Origin: Tubulanus polymorphus
Taxonomy: Eukaryota > Animalia > Nemertea
Reading direction: 5' to 3'
NCBI RefSeq assembly: GCF_964204645.1
Contig: NC_134029.1
Location: 10,628,850-10,692,849, forward strand
DNA: 64,000 bases
Part shown: positions 13,484-27,257 of the stretch, one piece after another
Layout of the letters: each line of letters begins with the position of its first letter
Position numbering within the stretch: the first letter of the stretch is position 1
Made by a program: the position numbers and the translations under genes
Notes under the pieces: model-generated
The model's database searches: none
Told to the model about the DNA's origin: nothing
The model's input: the letters and a program-made list of their open reading frames with translations, nothing else

Positions 13484-14984
13484 TAAGTCATAGGAATTAA
13501 AGAAATACCAGTTTCATTAATGATGAAAAAACTCAAATGAAAAGTCTGGCTTATAACGCTGTCTGCTCAGACGAAATTTTCAAAAAAATCTTCATTTTTG
13601 TCAATAAAATTGATAATTGTGATTGATCGTTGCAAGTCAGAACCAGTTAATCACTAATTAACATGCACTTTAATAAATCTGATTCCTCCTTTACAGTGAA
13701 CTTAGCTTTAACCTAGTAGAGGCTACTAGCCTATGTAGGCCTATGTATATGCGTAGGCAGATTGGTCGTAGGCCTATTGAATAACAACCCTCCTAAATGT
13801 CGAAAATTTTGTTTTGAAGTTCAATCCAATGAGTCCGTTAATAAACGCAATAATTATACTGTGTTTGTTTGAGACAGTAAAGCTCAATACCGGTAGGTCT
13901 AAAGCCGCGTAAAACTCGATAAACACTTCAAGCGACACAGCGAACGATCTCCTTTCCCCTACAGCGAACACTTACTCCAAATGTCAAGCATACGGATAGG
14001 AGTGTGTTATATACTTGTATTTAGTAAAAACCATGTGCATTTGACAACGATCAGTATGTTCTGTAGGAGATATAGAGTATTGATGGTATTGATATAGAGG
14101 TTGAAGCCCGCGGCTGAATAAAGTAACGTATTCTTTTATTTTGATACCTCGCCGACATAACAGCTTTTCTCCGCTATATCTCTTCGGCGTGTTTAGTTTA
14201 GGCCTACGACTCCCCAGTACACTAAAGATTTATCTTAGTAAATACACGGTTAATTTGGTAATGAAAAATAGGTATTGTTAAACTAACTCCTTGAAACCCG
14301 CAGCCAAATCACTGGTAGTAATAAATTAATTTGTACTCGATTTGATTCTCATGATGAGGAGAAACTCGCAGCTGATCCACGGAACGACGATGTAGTGACA
14401 CACGTCGATTCGTCGATGTTTACGGCTCGACAGTGTTTTTAAAACCTAAAGTAGTAAATTTCCTGTTTGAAGACCGCGGCTGAATGTGAAGTCTGCGGCA
14501 ATAAATTAGTTCATTTATACTTGAATTGATAATCGAAGTGAATATCGGCCTGCGGTTTGATTTCGGGATGACGACTCGAAAAACATGTCGCCCCATTGAA
14601 TGGGGCTAAATTGTCGATGTTTACGGCCTGACAGTGCTTTTGTGACGATGATTCGTGAAAAAACACGCGGAGTATTTGTAGATCTCAGTGAGCTGAACGA
14701 TATCATACGGATTGTATCGACAACAGCGGCAAGGTAACAAACCCTTAGTTCTTTTAGTGAAAATAGTGTGACATAAAATAATAATAATAAGAAACACGCG
14801 AATCTCAATAGGGTTTTCTGTGATGTAACAGAAAACCCTAATAATCATTGATTTACTCTTATCATTCCTAAGTAGGGCCCAGTCTCACAATGGCATATTA
14901 CTTGTCCAGCACAAGATCTAAAGCTCAACTGCCTACTGGCGTTAATTATTTCCTGATACAATACTGGCTAGTGCATTGACTTAC

Positions 14985-15158
14985 TTTTCGGCAGCTAAAC
15001 AAATTGTTCCACATGTATCAGCCATATCATCAACCAGTATAGCTACCCTTCCTTTCACATCACCAACCAGCACCATTGATGCCACTTCATTTGCTTTCTT
15101 TCTTTCTTTATGAATCAATGCGAAATCTGCATTTAATCTGTCTGCTATTGAAGTCACT
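14985..15158 (-). CDS. PRPS1: PRPS coding exon 5 ([57 protein letters not shown])
   Basis: Contains PRPP-binding motif [10 protein letters not shown]; cacag acceptor, gtaagt donor; 174 nt. Confidence 0.96.
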
Positions 15159-18100
15159 CTGTGAAAACAAATATAACAAAACTGAAGTTATACTTCCTAC
15201 AACGGGAATGTAAGGCACAGGCTTTGTGCTTCTTGACAAAAGATATCGCACAATACTGATATACCATTAAGGTAGAAATTACAGTCAAATGGCGATATAG
15301 TATAACATAAGTGTTCTTATATAGGGCGCATTTCGAACTTGTCGCTCAATGAGCCAGCTCCTGAAAACCCACTCTACATAAGTGGGTAAACAAGGTGGTG
15401 GTAGATTATTCCAGTTGGGGTCCAGAACATGAACACGAGCCTCAAGGGGCACTATGGCCAGCCTATCAGCTTTTCATAAAATGGCAAATGATATATTCTC
15501 AGACCCTCCAACCTTCGAAAATCATTTTCAGGAATAAAACTATGATTTTCAAGAAAATGGACCAGTTTTCAGGAATCGCATATAAATAAAGACAACAAAA
15601 ATAGAACAATTGAACATATTTTTCAACCCATACAAGTTGAATGAAGTACTTAATCATGATAAATTGACGATGAAATAAAATTTTATTTAATTGGATTGGT
15701 TTAAATCTAGTTACAGGAAAACGTTCAACATTTCTTCGATATAATCGGCAGAAGATGCAGCATGATCAACGTACTCTCCAATTAATTAATAAAGAAGGCA
15801 CATTGCTTACTTACGATTAAAAATGCAAATCCTTTACGATGAAGTTAGAGCTGCCACGAGTGAACGCAAATGAAATGACGCGGTAGGTCCGGCGCCGGAC
15901 ACAACACAAGAAGTGGACGCACTAAGGATTGCGTGAAACCGATATCGAGTAAGCCATAGCGAATCGATTGATTTTCAAAAAGTTTATAAGTGTCATCTCT
16001 AATATTTAAATGCGATAATCTAACACTATTTTCATTTAAATACGCAATATCCGCGAAGTAGACACAAGGGACAAGTGAATTAAAAAACAATGAAGCGAGC
16101 GTGTTCGATTCAGGTACTAAATATAGACTAAGTGGTTGGGTTTTTCCCATCAGACTAGCGCCATTAGCGTTATTGGTAGACACTTATATACGGCATCAGG
16201 CCAGATGCTAGTTGTATATAAATAAGCATTTCACAAACTTTGACACACCGATTACACATAGACAATCAATTTTTTTTTAAATGCACAGCAGGGATACTAT
16301 CAATGAACGCTTTTACGACTCAGGAGGCTTTTACGGTCCAACATCGACTGCCGATAGTCCCTCACGAAATTTTCCATCGGCAAACGGAATGCGGATATTG
16401 GTTCGAAAATACATATGTCGCGAATATATAATTCGGCGTATATGGTTGTATTTATGTTGTAGTTTTCATTCATGGTTGTTGTATCATATCAATCCATAGA
16501 ATTCATGTGATAATCCCTTTTCAGTACTGTACAGGTTGTTAACTAGCTTTTATCCAATAGGCCTAGTTGTACAGTGATACAATGTGATCTCAATATTATT
16601 TATATGAGTGTATGTGCAGAATAAATCGGGGCTGTTATAGATCTTTCAACTAGAAGGAAGTCTCATCGTTCGTAGTCGTTTCTCTCGGACCTAAGGAATT
16701 CTCTGGAGTCCTCGATAGTATGGACAACGTAACCATTCCGAATAAATCAAAAGGGTTGGAGTGCCTGCATTCTATGGGTTAAATTTGTCCAAATACACTC
16801 CCAGCTCATAGACTTAGTCAATCCCAGGCTAATAACTTACACAATTCAATCGTGCAAATATTTGCAATCCCATCCATATAGCCTGTCAGCTTTTCATAAA
16901 ATGGCAAATGATGCATTCTGTGGATTAAATTTGTCCAAATACAGTCCCTGCTCATAGACTTAGTCAATCCCAGGCTAATATAGTGTTTTCATAAGTAGCA
17001 CAGATAGCGACTGGAGCTGGCAGGAATAAATACCTCAGATAAATCTTTTCCCTTGGTCTTATTGATTTGAATGCGGAATAGAATAGAATCTTCTGAAATT
17101 GCTCATTAAAACAAAATTGAATTGGATTTACTGTTTTACCTTGTTCAATCAAGTAAAATTGAATTGGATTTGATAATTTTTTGCAGAATAAAATTTGATT
17201 GAATTTGTAGTTTGAGCACATGGCTAATTTGAATATCAAGGTCATCCATCCGATTTGAGAAAAGCTATTTTGCCCGAACTTTGCACAATTGTCAATGATA
17301 TTTTCTGTAGTGCAAATAAAAATATTCCTCCCAAAAACCAAATAAATTAAAGATTTCACCGAAATCGAAATAAAATTTTAAATCTTAAAATAAAACCCGG
17401 AAGTAAAACAGTAGACGATACCAAGGGTTCACGTGAACACCTGCTGATCTCTGTGGCTAAGCCAATCATAGAGAAGTCTTTGCTTTCTGATTGGCTTTTT
17501 AAAACAGATATTTTTGCGATCAAGCTCATATAAATTTTAACGAGGCCCTCTTTCAAAATTCAGCTTCATAGGGGTTGGAGAAGGATAATGCTCTAATGAA
17601 TGATTTGCATGAATATACGCTCAGTTGCACAGTCAAAGAGCCTTTACTCTGGAAACCATGTCATTTAAATTCGCTCCATTTGTGTAGTAATAGGCTCAGC
17701 CTATAGCTGGCCTAAAAACTGCGATCCCCGAACTTAGTGTAAGTTCTTTTGGATACCACGAGTCGTTAATGCAAGATCCAATGCGTCCTACGTATATATT
17801 CAATTAATCCGATAGATTAACATTTTGAACCCTTTGAACTAATTTTTTCAACATTAGAGTCATCAAAGTGTTTACGAATCAGATCAATCTTAAATAGACT
17901 TGCGAAAGCTGCTTTGCAGACATATTTGATGTGAGTCTGCATAGTCAGATGACTATCAAGCTATAACCCCTCTGACACACTCTGAGGCCTGAATAGACCC
18001 CATCCACAGTTATCTCAGTAATGGAGCCAACTCTTGTTAGAAACACAGTTCATACTGCCCACATCGATGATTACTAGTAAACAAGAGCCCCAAGAACGCA

Positions 18101-18214
18101 TCTGAGCACCTAAAAATATAACATTTTTGGGGGGGACCCCTGTTTCTTATTGTTTTCAGAGCACCGCCATGCTTAATTTTTGACCCAGCAAGAACACTGC
18201 CCTGGTAAATATAT

Positions 18215-19395
18215 TAAGACACAAAATTCGTTATATGGGCTTTCCTAAATTTACATGAATGTGCGTTTAATCACCATCAAAATTAAACATTGGTACTCTA
18301 GAAATTAAGCCGAACAAATGAAAAAGAATGAAAACTATTGGACTGAATTCACATGATGGGAGAACTGAATTTTTACAGACAATTCGATCGAAAATAAGGA
18401 CAGAAAATAATTATAACAATATGCAAAATTCTTAATATTGACTTTAATTTATATGCGTGTATGTTTAGTCAGCATCAAAATTAAACGTTGGTACTGTAGA
18501 GATTTAAGAAGAACAAATGAAAAAGAGTGATAACTATTGGATTGAATTCAAATGATGGGAGAAAATTGACTTTTTACGGACAATTACATCGACGGAAAAT
18601 ATCAAGAAAAAAAAATTTCTTTTCTCAAATTATGAATGGCATATATATCTTCGGCATGAAGTTTTTGGCAGAATTTCAGAGAATCCCTGCTCCCACTAAT
18701 CAAAAAAGCCTAAGATGTCCCCCTTGATTGGCAAGACGTTTTCATGAAAATCTGTCTATTGATATGATCTCCATCATACACAACACTGCATGATGATTCC
18801 TCATGAATATACATTGTAGCGGGTATCCCCACTAACTCAAATAGACATTCTCCACGTTCATGGTGTGATGATTTCATTTATTTCATACACTGTGTACGAA
18901 GTTGGGTAACGTTACACAATTTATTTTCGAAATTAAACAATTTTCAAGATTCACTTCCCCCTCTCCCAATTTTACTGCCGTTCCATAAAATTAACTGCTT
19001 TTCATGGCCGGCCGCGACGAACCCTGGCAGTTGAATCATTTGCAGTTTCTAAGAAAACTTTAACTAGGCCACACACAAGGCGCACTTTCATATACATGCA
19101 CAGATCACTACACCACAGAGCAGCAAGTATATGTTACGCACATGTGTGAAGCATCAATATACGTAAAAGGGCATGCGTTCATCCGAAACGAAATGTAGTT
19201 CCAACAACAAATAGATAACTAAATTGATAAATAAGCAACTGATTCCGATGAAATTCAATAGGGTTAATAGCTTTTATTACTGCATTGAATGTTTTGAAAG
19301 TTCCGAAGAGAAACTAAGCCTCATTTGGAAGTTATTTTATACCAAAGGAAGTTACATATGCGATAGCAAAATGGACTTCGCTAAAGCAAAAGTCC
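18215..19395 (+). repeat. Locally dispersed repeat family (other copies ~5420-5760 and ~8755-9920)
   Basis: Shared blocks acaaaattcttaatatgg...cattggtactct and ttccgaagagaaactaagcctcatt...gctaaagcgaaagtcc. Confidence 0.7.
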
Positions 19396-19822
19396 ATAAA
19401 AGATGTTCTTGGAAATCATCACAATCATAGAATGTGTCACAAGCTAGAATAAAGCAAAATTAGCTAAATCATTTAACACATTTGACACAATTAATCGTTA
19501 TATCATACGCCTTGTGTGTCAGTTATTGCGCTAGCAACGATATCAACCTATTCAATTGTGCCGCCATTTTGTTTTACATGAATGGCATTTCAAATTGGAG
19601 TTTTATCGCAAGTGAACTAAAACATGGCAGATTTTGGTTCCCTTTTTTACGGGTGACAAGCGCCATCAAACAAGAAATTTATTCCAAAATTTGAATTTGT
19701 TTATATCCTGTATAAACCACTGCCACCGATGGTGCATTGGTATGACATCATACTTATTACTCATCTCAGAAAAACCCCTTAAAATCCAAAATAAATGAAT
19801 AAAACATCTTAAAAGTAGTTAC

Positions 19823-19947
19823 CGTTTGGCACCCCCAGCATCAGGAGACACGATACAGCTATCTCTCCATTCTGTGATATTATCTTTGATCCATTTTAAG
19901 ACTGCTGGCTCAGCATACAAATTATCAACAGGTATATCAAAGAAACC
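19823..19947 (-). CDS. PRPS1: PRPS coding exon 4 ([42 protein letters not shown])
   Basis: Manual translation; tttag acceptor, gtaac donor; 125 nt. Confidence 0.96.
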
Positions 19948-20131
19948 CTAAAAATATAGAAACATATGTGGATTCATTCTGTAATTCAATTCTTAGAAAC
20001 CTGCTCTTCCATTCATGACACATGAACAAGACAACTTCATAGGTGATGAAAGGTCCCAGTCTCCACGACCACAGATCAAATCCCCGAGATCCCATATGGT
20101 CTCTAAGGGCATGGGAAATTGCATACTACAT

Positions 20132-21237
20132 ACAAGGCAATTTGATACTACGTATCTATGTCCCCCGCGATTGCCAGTAGGGAATGAATGACCCCTGAAG
20201 ACACTGATCTTTGGTATAGAAAAATGATGAGTGTATCCAGGGATAACCATACTACGAAATATCATTTTCCTGCCATGAATGGTTATTTAAGAATTGAGTT
20301 TACAGGGTTTTAGGCAAAAGACGTCTACCAACCTTGACCTTTGACCCTAGAACTCCAAAATCACTAATGCACATCCTCTCCCCAGGGGTAATCATACTAT
20401 GAAATAGCATTGTTCTGTTATCAATGGTTCTTCTTGAATCATGTTTACAAGGTTTCATATGAATGACCTGTAGTGACCTTGAACTTTGGTCCTTGGACCC
20501 CAAAATCAATAGGGCACATCCTCTCCCTAGGGGTAATCATACTACGTAATATCATGGTCCTGCTATCAACGGTTCGTCTTGAATCACGTTCACAAGGTTT
20601 TACATGAATGACCTGTAGTGACCTCGACCTTTGATCCTTGGACTCCAGAATCAATAGGGCACATCCTCTCCCTAGGGGTAATCATGCTACGTAATATCAT
20701 GGTCCAGCTATCAACGGTTCGTCTTGAATGACGTTCATAAGCTTTCACATGAATGACCTGTGGTGACCTTGACCTTAGGTCCTTGGACCCCAAAATCTAT
20801 AGGGCACATCCTCTCCCTAGGGGTAATCATACTACGTAATATCATGGTCCTGCTCTCAACGGTTCTTCTTGAATCACGTTCATAAGGTATAACATGAATG
20901 ACCTGTAGTGACCTTGACCTTTGGTCCTTGGATCCCAAAATCAATAGGGCACATTCTCTCCCTAGGGGTAATCATACTACGCAATATGGTCTTGCGATCA
21001 ACGGTTCTTCTTGAATCACGTTCACAAAGTTTTACATGAATGACCTTGACCTTTGGTCCTTGGACCCCAAAATCAATAGGGCACATCCTCTCCCTAGGGG
21101 TAATCATACTACGTAATATCATGGTCCTGCGATCTACGGTTCTTCTTGAATCACGTTCACAAGCTCATGCCGACGGACGGACAGACGGAGGATACCAAGT
21201 CCCCCGCTCGCGGCCTACGCTGCGCGGGGGACAATAA
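20132..21237. mobile_element. Helentron-associated (HINE/DINE-like) element carrying ~6.5 tandem 145-bp units, in PRPS intron 3
   Basis: acaagg start, subterminal tgtcccccgcg / cgcgggggaca inverted repeat, 145-bp array with tgaccttgacctttg, GACG/GACA microsatellite, terminal hairpin. Confidence 0.8.
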
Positions 21238-21333
21238 GCAAATTAAAAATGCTCCTACTAATTCACATGCGATGAATTGAAAAGTTGGAAGTTTCCGCAT
21301 TTTAAATTCGCCTGAGGTTTTCCGCTAGTACTA

Positions 21334-21507
<174 letters not shown>

Positions 21508-21914
21508 TTAATAATAAATTCCTAACTACAGAAGAACTGGCGTTAGTTGAACACGTTTGGACAACGGGAAAATGTCCGACTTTGAAACATCCCGATTATG
21601 AGTAAGTCGGATTTTTGGGGTTTTCTAAGAAAAACCCGAGTTACAGTTAGCTACATATTAAGATCCTTACCCAAACAACTGAGTGACACGAGGTCAATAC
21701 TCTATTCTATAGCCGACTACTATTGTGAACACGTTCTTAACATGTGTCCATTGACAGAAAAATTGATCTGCTGGTACATAATAAGACGCTACGTGCCAGT
21801 AACGATCTTTTTAAAAAGAACCGAAATTAGCCGACTAAGAAAATGAACTGACGACTTCGCTGATTTTACGACTTAGAGCTGTCTAGCTTACGCCAGTTTT
21901 ACTGTACTAGTTAA

Positions 21915-22372
21915 CACGTTCGCTGCTGCTGACGAGATAAATCGTCATGGTGGGTGCATCAGAGACTAAGATATTATTTATGGGGGTAACTCAAGTTCGG
22001 TACACACTTGAAATTCTTTCATGAAAATCTTCAGGAAGCAAAGATTTTTAGCTTCTTTTCCAGCCAATATTTAGAGAGCATATAATGACTAAAATCATTC
22101 TATATCATTTTTACAATGAAATCTTTATTCTTATAGATTTCTATTTGATTTTTCGCACCTTTTACTGGCAATGAGGGACAAGAAAAAATAGAGAGTCTCT
22201 TCACCATTGCTAGTGACGAGTTACCTCATCATGTGGTTTTCTATACTAAAATAGATCAGTATATTGATTTATCAATGTACAAATAGCGCTGGCAGCATAT
22301 AAATTATGTAATGTCAAAAATTAGCGTTGGCAAAGGCGACCGTACCTTAACCGCTAGGTGGCAGCGAACTTG
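21915..22372. mobile_element. piggyBac-type MITE
   Basis: TTAA|CACGTTCGCTGC ... GCAGCGAACTTG|TTAA. Confidence 0.7.
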
Positions 22373-22703
22373 TTAAGAGGTTAACGAACCATTAATCAAC
22401 TAACTGAACTACGTTTAGGACAGTACAAAACTAAGCCAGACCTGTTTGCCAACGAAGATATAGGCCTAGTCACTTAGTTAGTTGTAATGGGACTATGCCT
22501 GTATAGGATTTGCCAATCAACTTTTGATAACCATTTTGCAGATTTTTTAAGGCAATAATGAGAGAGGAAATTGGATCTGTGCCGTGAAATATCATCAGGC
22601 CAAAATTCTTCTACCTAATCACTTCCATTTCCCAAATAAATTCTATCTGACATTTAGATACATTGGAACCTCATTCTAATGACTTTGTCCAACTGCATTT
22701 ATA

Positions 22704-23503
22704 CAGTCAACCTCAGTTAATCCGTCTTCGGTTAAACCGTATAAGTGCTTATTCCGTATAAATAAATTGGTCCCGTTTTTCAGTAACGTCATTCCTTTTA
22801 AAATTCTGTGTCTAATTCATACTCCATAATCCGTATTTTCACTTATTCCGTAGAAAAATGCATGGCCATTGTCCAATTTATATGTAAATCCTTATGTGTA
22901 ATCCGTATCAGCTGTTGGGAACATACACTTGAAGTGAAAAAAAGTATAAACATCTGTAATCTAATGAGGTTAATGTGGCCGGTAGGAAATATGAAAAACT
23001 AAGAAAACACTCAAGTTAATCCATCAATGTCATATCAGTCTCAAGCTTCACTAAATATTCAGTACATATGCTATTAGGCCTATCTGTCAATCAAAAATCC
23101 TTTGACGAAGCACCCTCAAGTACATGGCCTGTGGGTTATCTGTGGTACTAGACACACGATGGCGTCAAATAGTCCTACTCAACTGAAACCAGTTGGTTTT
23201 GTGTTTCATCACTCCAAAGGGGTGTTTTCTTTTCAAGTATACATGAAATCAAATGGATCTAATGCACCATCGGATACTATGAACTTTTTATTCCCCCCAA
23301 TGGATTGTTAGAATGTGGTTCTACTGTAGTAGTCATCCACGGTTTGAGAGATACCAGCTTTTATACGGAATGTGCAGTTAAATCATAATTTATACGGGAA
23401 ATAGTTAATTTGTATCAATTACGAATTATCTGTTATCCGTATATCACTTAATCCGTACTAAAAAGCTCAGTCCCTAGTGATACAGATTAACCGAGATTGA
23501 CTG
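22704..23503. mobile_element. Tigger/pogo-like MITE
   Basis: TA|CAGTCAACCTCAGTTAATCCGT ... ACAGATTAACCGAGATTGACTG|TA. Confidence 0.75.
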
Positions 23504-23718
23504 TATAAGTAACTAACTTATTTTCATCTGAATCAAGAGGGGCAAACAGTTTGTTCTATAGCCTATAATGCTCATCACAGCATGATTGCAAGCTTCTAAA
23601 AAATGCAAAATACTCATAACTTATGTTTGCTGATCTACAAGATCAAAAATTTTATGATCGGTTATGGAAAATTTGAACTGTCATTTTTCCACAAGGACAT
23701 AGGCCTAATAACAGTCTA

Positions 23719-24027
<309 letters not shown>

Positions 24028-24311
24028 TCAATTTTACTGGGGCGGCCGATGAAGGAAAGGATTATGCCCAAAACCGAAATTTTGTCAATTCAATTAAATT
24101 AAATTTATTGAGACATTAGGCCTACAGAAATAAAAATTTTTTGGAGGGGGGTACGAAAGTGTAATAGCGCCGGATACTGGGATCAAAAACTTTGTGTCAG
24201 GCCCCTGAGTCATAGCCCATATAACCGAGTTGGGCTTAACTGTAGTAAGATTCGCACCGGCAAAAAATATTTTATTGAAAAAAGACAACACCTAATCAAA
24301 TTCCATCGTAC

Positions 24312-24433
24312 CATGTCTCTTGATTGCTGAATTTCTTGGTGACGACTTTACCAACCTCTATACCCAATCGAAGACATACTTTCTGCGCCAAATCTGGATG
24401 AGATGTACCGCTGAATACTTTGATATTTGGCAT
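24312..24433 (-). CDS. PRPS1: Ribose-phosphate pyrophosphokinase, coding exon 1 ([40 protein letters not shown])
   Basis: Manual minus-strand translation matches the PRPS N-terminus; ATG at 24433; GT donor (gtacg) follows; 122 nt. Confidence 0.95.
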
Positions 24434-24649
24434 GATGATGTATTAGTTTCCAGGTTTAGAAAGATAGTTAGAAAGATAAGGTACACACCGCCATACGCAC
24501 GTGCCCCTACTCCGACTAGAAGGTGTTACTGTAGGAATGACAATATCTGCGGCGACAGAAAAAGGGTTGCTCCGAGATACGGTACTTCTTCCAATTCAAA
24601 CCGTCAACTCACTGGTTGATGAAACGAAAGTATGCGCAAATAAATATAT

Positions 24650-24800
24650 ACTGACATTAAATGCTTCGATACTCTCCGCTGACACAGTTCTGCAGGGAGA
24701 GCGTTCCAATCCCTGACTGTTCTGGTATGGTATGGTTGATGGGGCATCGACATAAATTCCATCACCTTGTTACAGTGCCCTTGAGTTTTCCGGTTTGCTC
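24650..24800 (-). pseudogene. 3' end fragment of a LINE ORF2
   Basis: RKTQGH...RTVRDWNALP resembles the C-terminal TRGH...R.V..WN.LP motif of CR1-group LINEs. Confidence 0.55.
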
Positions 24801-25209
24801 GGCTACCCGTACTGGCGGGGTAGTGTAGAGAGGCCAATGAAAACTCCGGTTTGCTGAACCACCCCTCTTTGCGGGGATGCGGTATGATGTTTGATCTGAC
24901 AGTTTCAAGTGGTTAATGACTGTTTCAAGTGCTTACAACGATGCTTATTACTTCGTGGTACATGGTGGTTTAAAAAAAGATTTCATAATAATACGATCAC
25001 CGCGTGGGCTTCGTAGAAAGACCACTACCTTCCCAAATTTAAATTGTCCTGTCCGATTTGGTTTCATCCAATTGAGAGACTGCCTTTTCCAGTTAGGGCA
25101 TTTTTGGATCACGTCACTCCAGGAAATGACTTAACGCTTTTGGGCCCCTTCGTCGGTTCCACATGTTTCATTTGAGCTATAGGCTAGACCACAATGGTGA
25201 CACCATGGT

Positions 25210-25805
25210 GGTCAGTAACTGACCAATTGAGATATCCCCGAGTCTGAACACTTGACTTCGAATTTCGGAAATTTATCATGTAATGTTTGTTTTCAAACTA
25301 CTAAGGAATCATCATTGCAAATTCATCACTGACCACCACTGACCACCAATGACCAATTCAAACTTCTCGAATATGAAAACGATATACCGCGTTATGGTGT
25401 CAAACTAGAAAGGATTCGCCATTACAAATTAATAAATTGACCATCACTGACCACCACTGACCAATTGAAACTTCTTGAAAGAACGATATACCGGTACCGC
25501 ATTTGGTGTGAAACTAGAAATGATTCGCCATTAAAATTCATAAATGGACCATCACTGACCACCAATGACCAATTGAAACTTCATGAAAGAAAGATATACC
25601 GGTACCGCATTTGATGTGAAACTAGAAAGGATTCGCCATTGAAAATTCATAAATTGACCATCACTGACCACCACTGACCAATTGAAACTTCTTGAAAGAA
25701 CGATATACCGGTACCGCATTTGGTGTGAAACTAGAAAGGATTCGCAATTAAAATTCATAAATTGACCATCACTGACCACCACTGCCCAAGTGAAACTTCT
25801 CAAAT
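25210..25805. repeat. Tandem array of ~108-bp units
   Basis: ccatcactgaccacc recurs at 25441, 25549, 25658 and 25766, with degenerate upstream copies. Confidence 0.9.
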
Positions 25806-26864
25806 ATCGTGGTCGAATTCGAAAGCGCTTGTCGTCGTATTGCTATTTCTAGAAACCAGCAGAAAGTGTTGCTACTGTTTTTGAATGGCGTTGACATGAT
25901 GGAAATTTATTACCCATAAATGGGTTACACATCTGGATCACAGCACCTCACTTGCCGCAGTGCGTTATTTTAACTGCATAGTAATGCTAATAAACTTTTT
26001 TACTACTTGACTCGAATCATCTGAACAGTACTGCGTTTGAAAACTCAACGAATAGAAAATGTTTGCGGGAAGCGCCTACAAATAACTTATAATAAGATTA
26101 ATTAATCGATGCATGAAAAACTATTAAATCACAAGGTGACTAACACCCGTCTTTCAACCAATCTGCGCGATACCAATTAATTAAATCATTAAACGCATTG
26201 GGTTCCTAATATTTTAAATCATGTGATACAATAGTTGTTCTTTAGACTTAGCCACTTTCATTTCAGAAAACCGCGTACTAGACCAGTGGTCACCGAGGCA
26301 TTAACCATTCCTTCAAGTTTTGAAAATTCGATGGTAACGCGGATTCTTCGCCTCTAAAAACTGTTTCGTTAATAGTTTTCTTTATATGAAAGTGTTCATA
26401 GGAATTGAAATTTGGAGTGATATCAGTCACAGCTGTAACCCTTTTTCATTGTCAGTTCTTTTTTGGAATTCAAGTAGATTAGTGAAAATATCAATGATGA
26501 AGTTCACTTAATATATCAAGTACCGTTTTTACTGTCGCATGCGAGTCGAAACAAAAAGATCTATCCAACTGCATATCTTCGGGTATAACCTGTGATATCC
26601 TTCAGTATGTTATGAATATCTTTAAAAATTTGTGTTGTATAATACCCGAAGGTTGAACTATCGGACACATAAAAGATTCGCCATAATCAAAGTTTTTAAG
26701 AAAATCTTTCTTCGAGAAAGAAAGATCTTTAAAAGAACGATTGGCGTCAAACTAAATCCATAATGGACTGTTGTGAATTTATTGAATAATCCACCTGAGA
26801 AATTTAAAGATTTCGAAGCGAAATTTATTCATATAAATCAAAAATGCATGAATAACTTGACGTT

Positions 26865-27053
26865 AGTAATAGGGGTAATGGGCTTTCAGATCAAAGGTCG
26901 AAGGGTCGAGCTCGTAAAAAAATGAAAATAACAATAATTTACAGTTGAATTAGTCGCGCACACTCCTAATTCAACTGTAAATTATTGTTATTTTCATTTT
27001 TTACTCACTCGCCCCTTCAACCTTTAACTTGAAAGCCCATTACCCCTATTACT
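26865..27053. repeat. Long imperfect palindrome (~90-bp arms) upstream of pPolB
   Basis: agtaataggggtaatgggctttca...acagttgaattag [loop] ctaattcaactgt...tgaaagcccattacccctattact. Confidence 0.9.
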
Positions 27054-27257
27054 CTTAAAATAATCATGTAAATGAATAACATTTAAATTGACAGATTATT
27101 CAATATAAAAGTATATATTTACAACATTATTTCAATATTCATATTTGTGTGAGTTAGATTTTTAAACATTAAAAGTGTTAGTAAAGTGTGTTTGAAATAA
27201 TGCATATATAAATCATTGAACTTCTAAAATCAATTTAAAAAAAAATTTAGTATTAAA

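Noticed and set aside
20300-21237. Series of similar 67-80 aa ORFs
   Set aside because: By-products of the 145-bp tandem repeat
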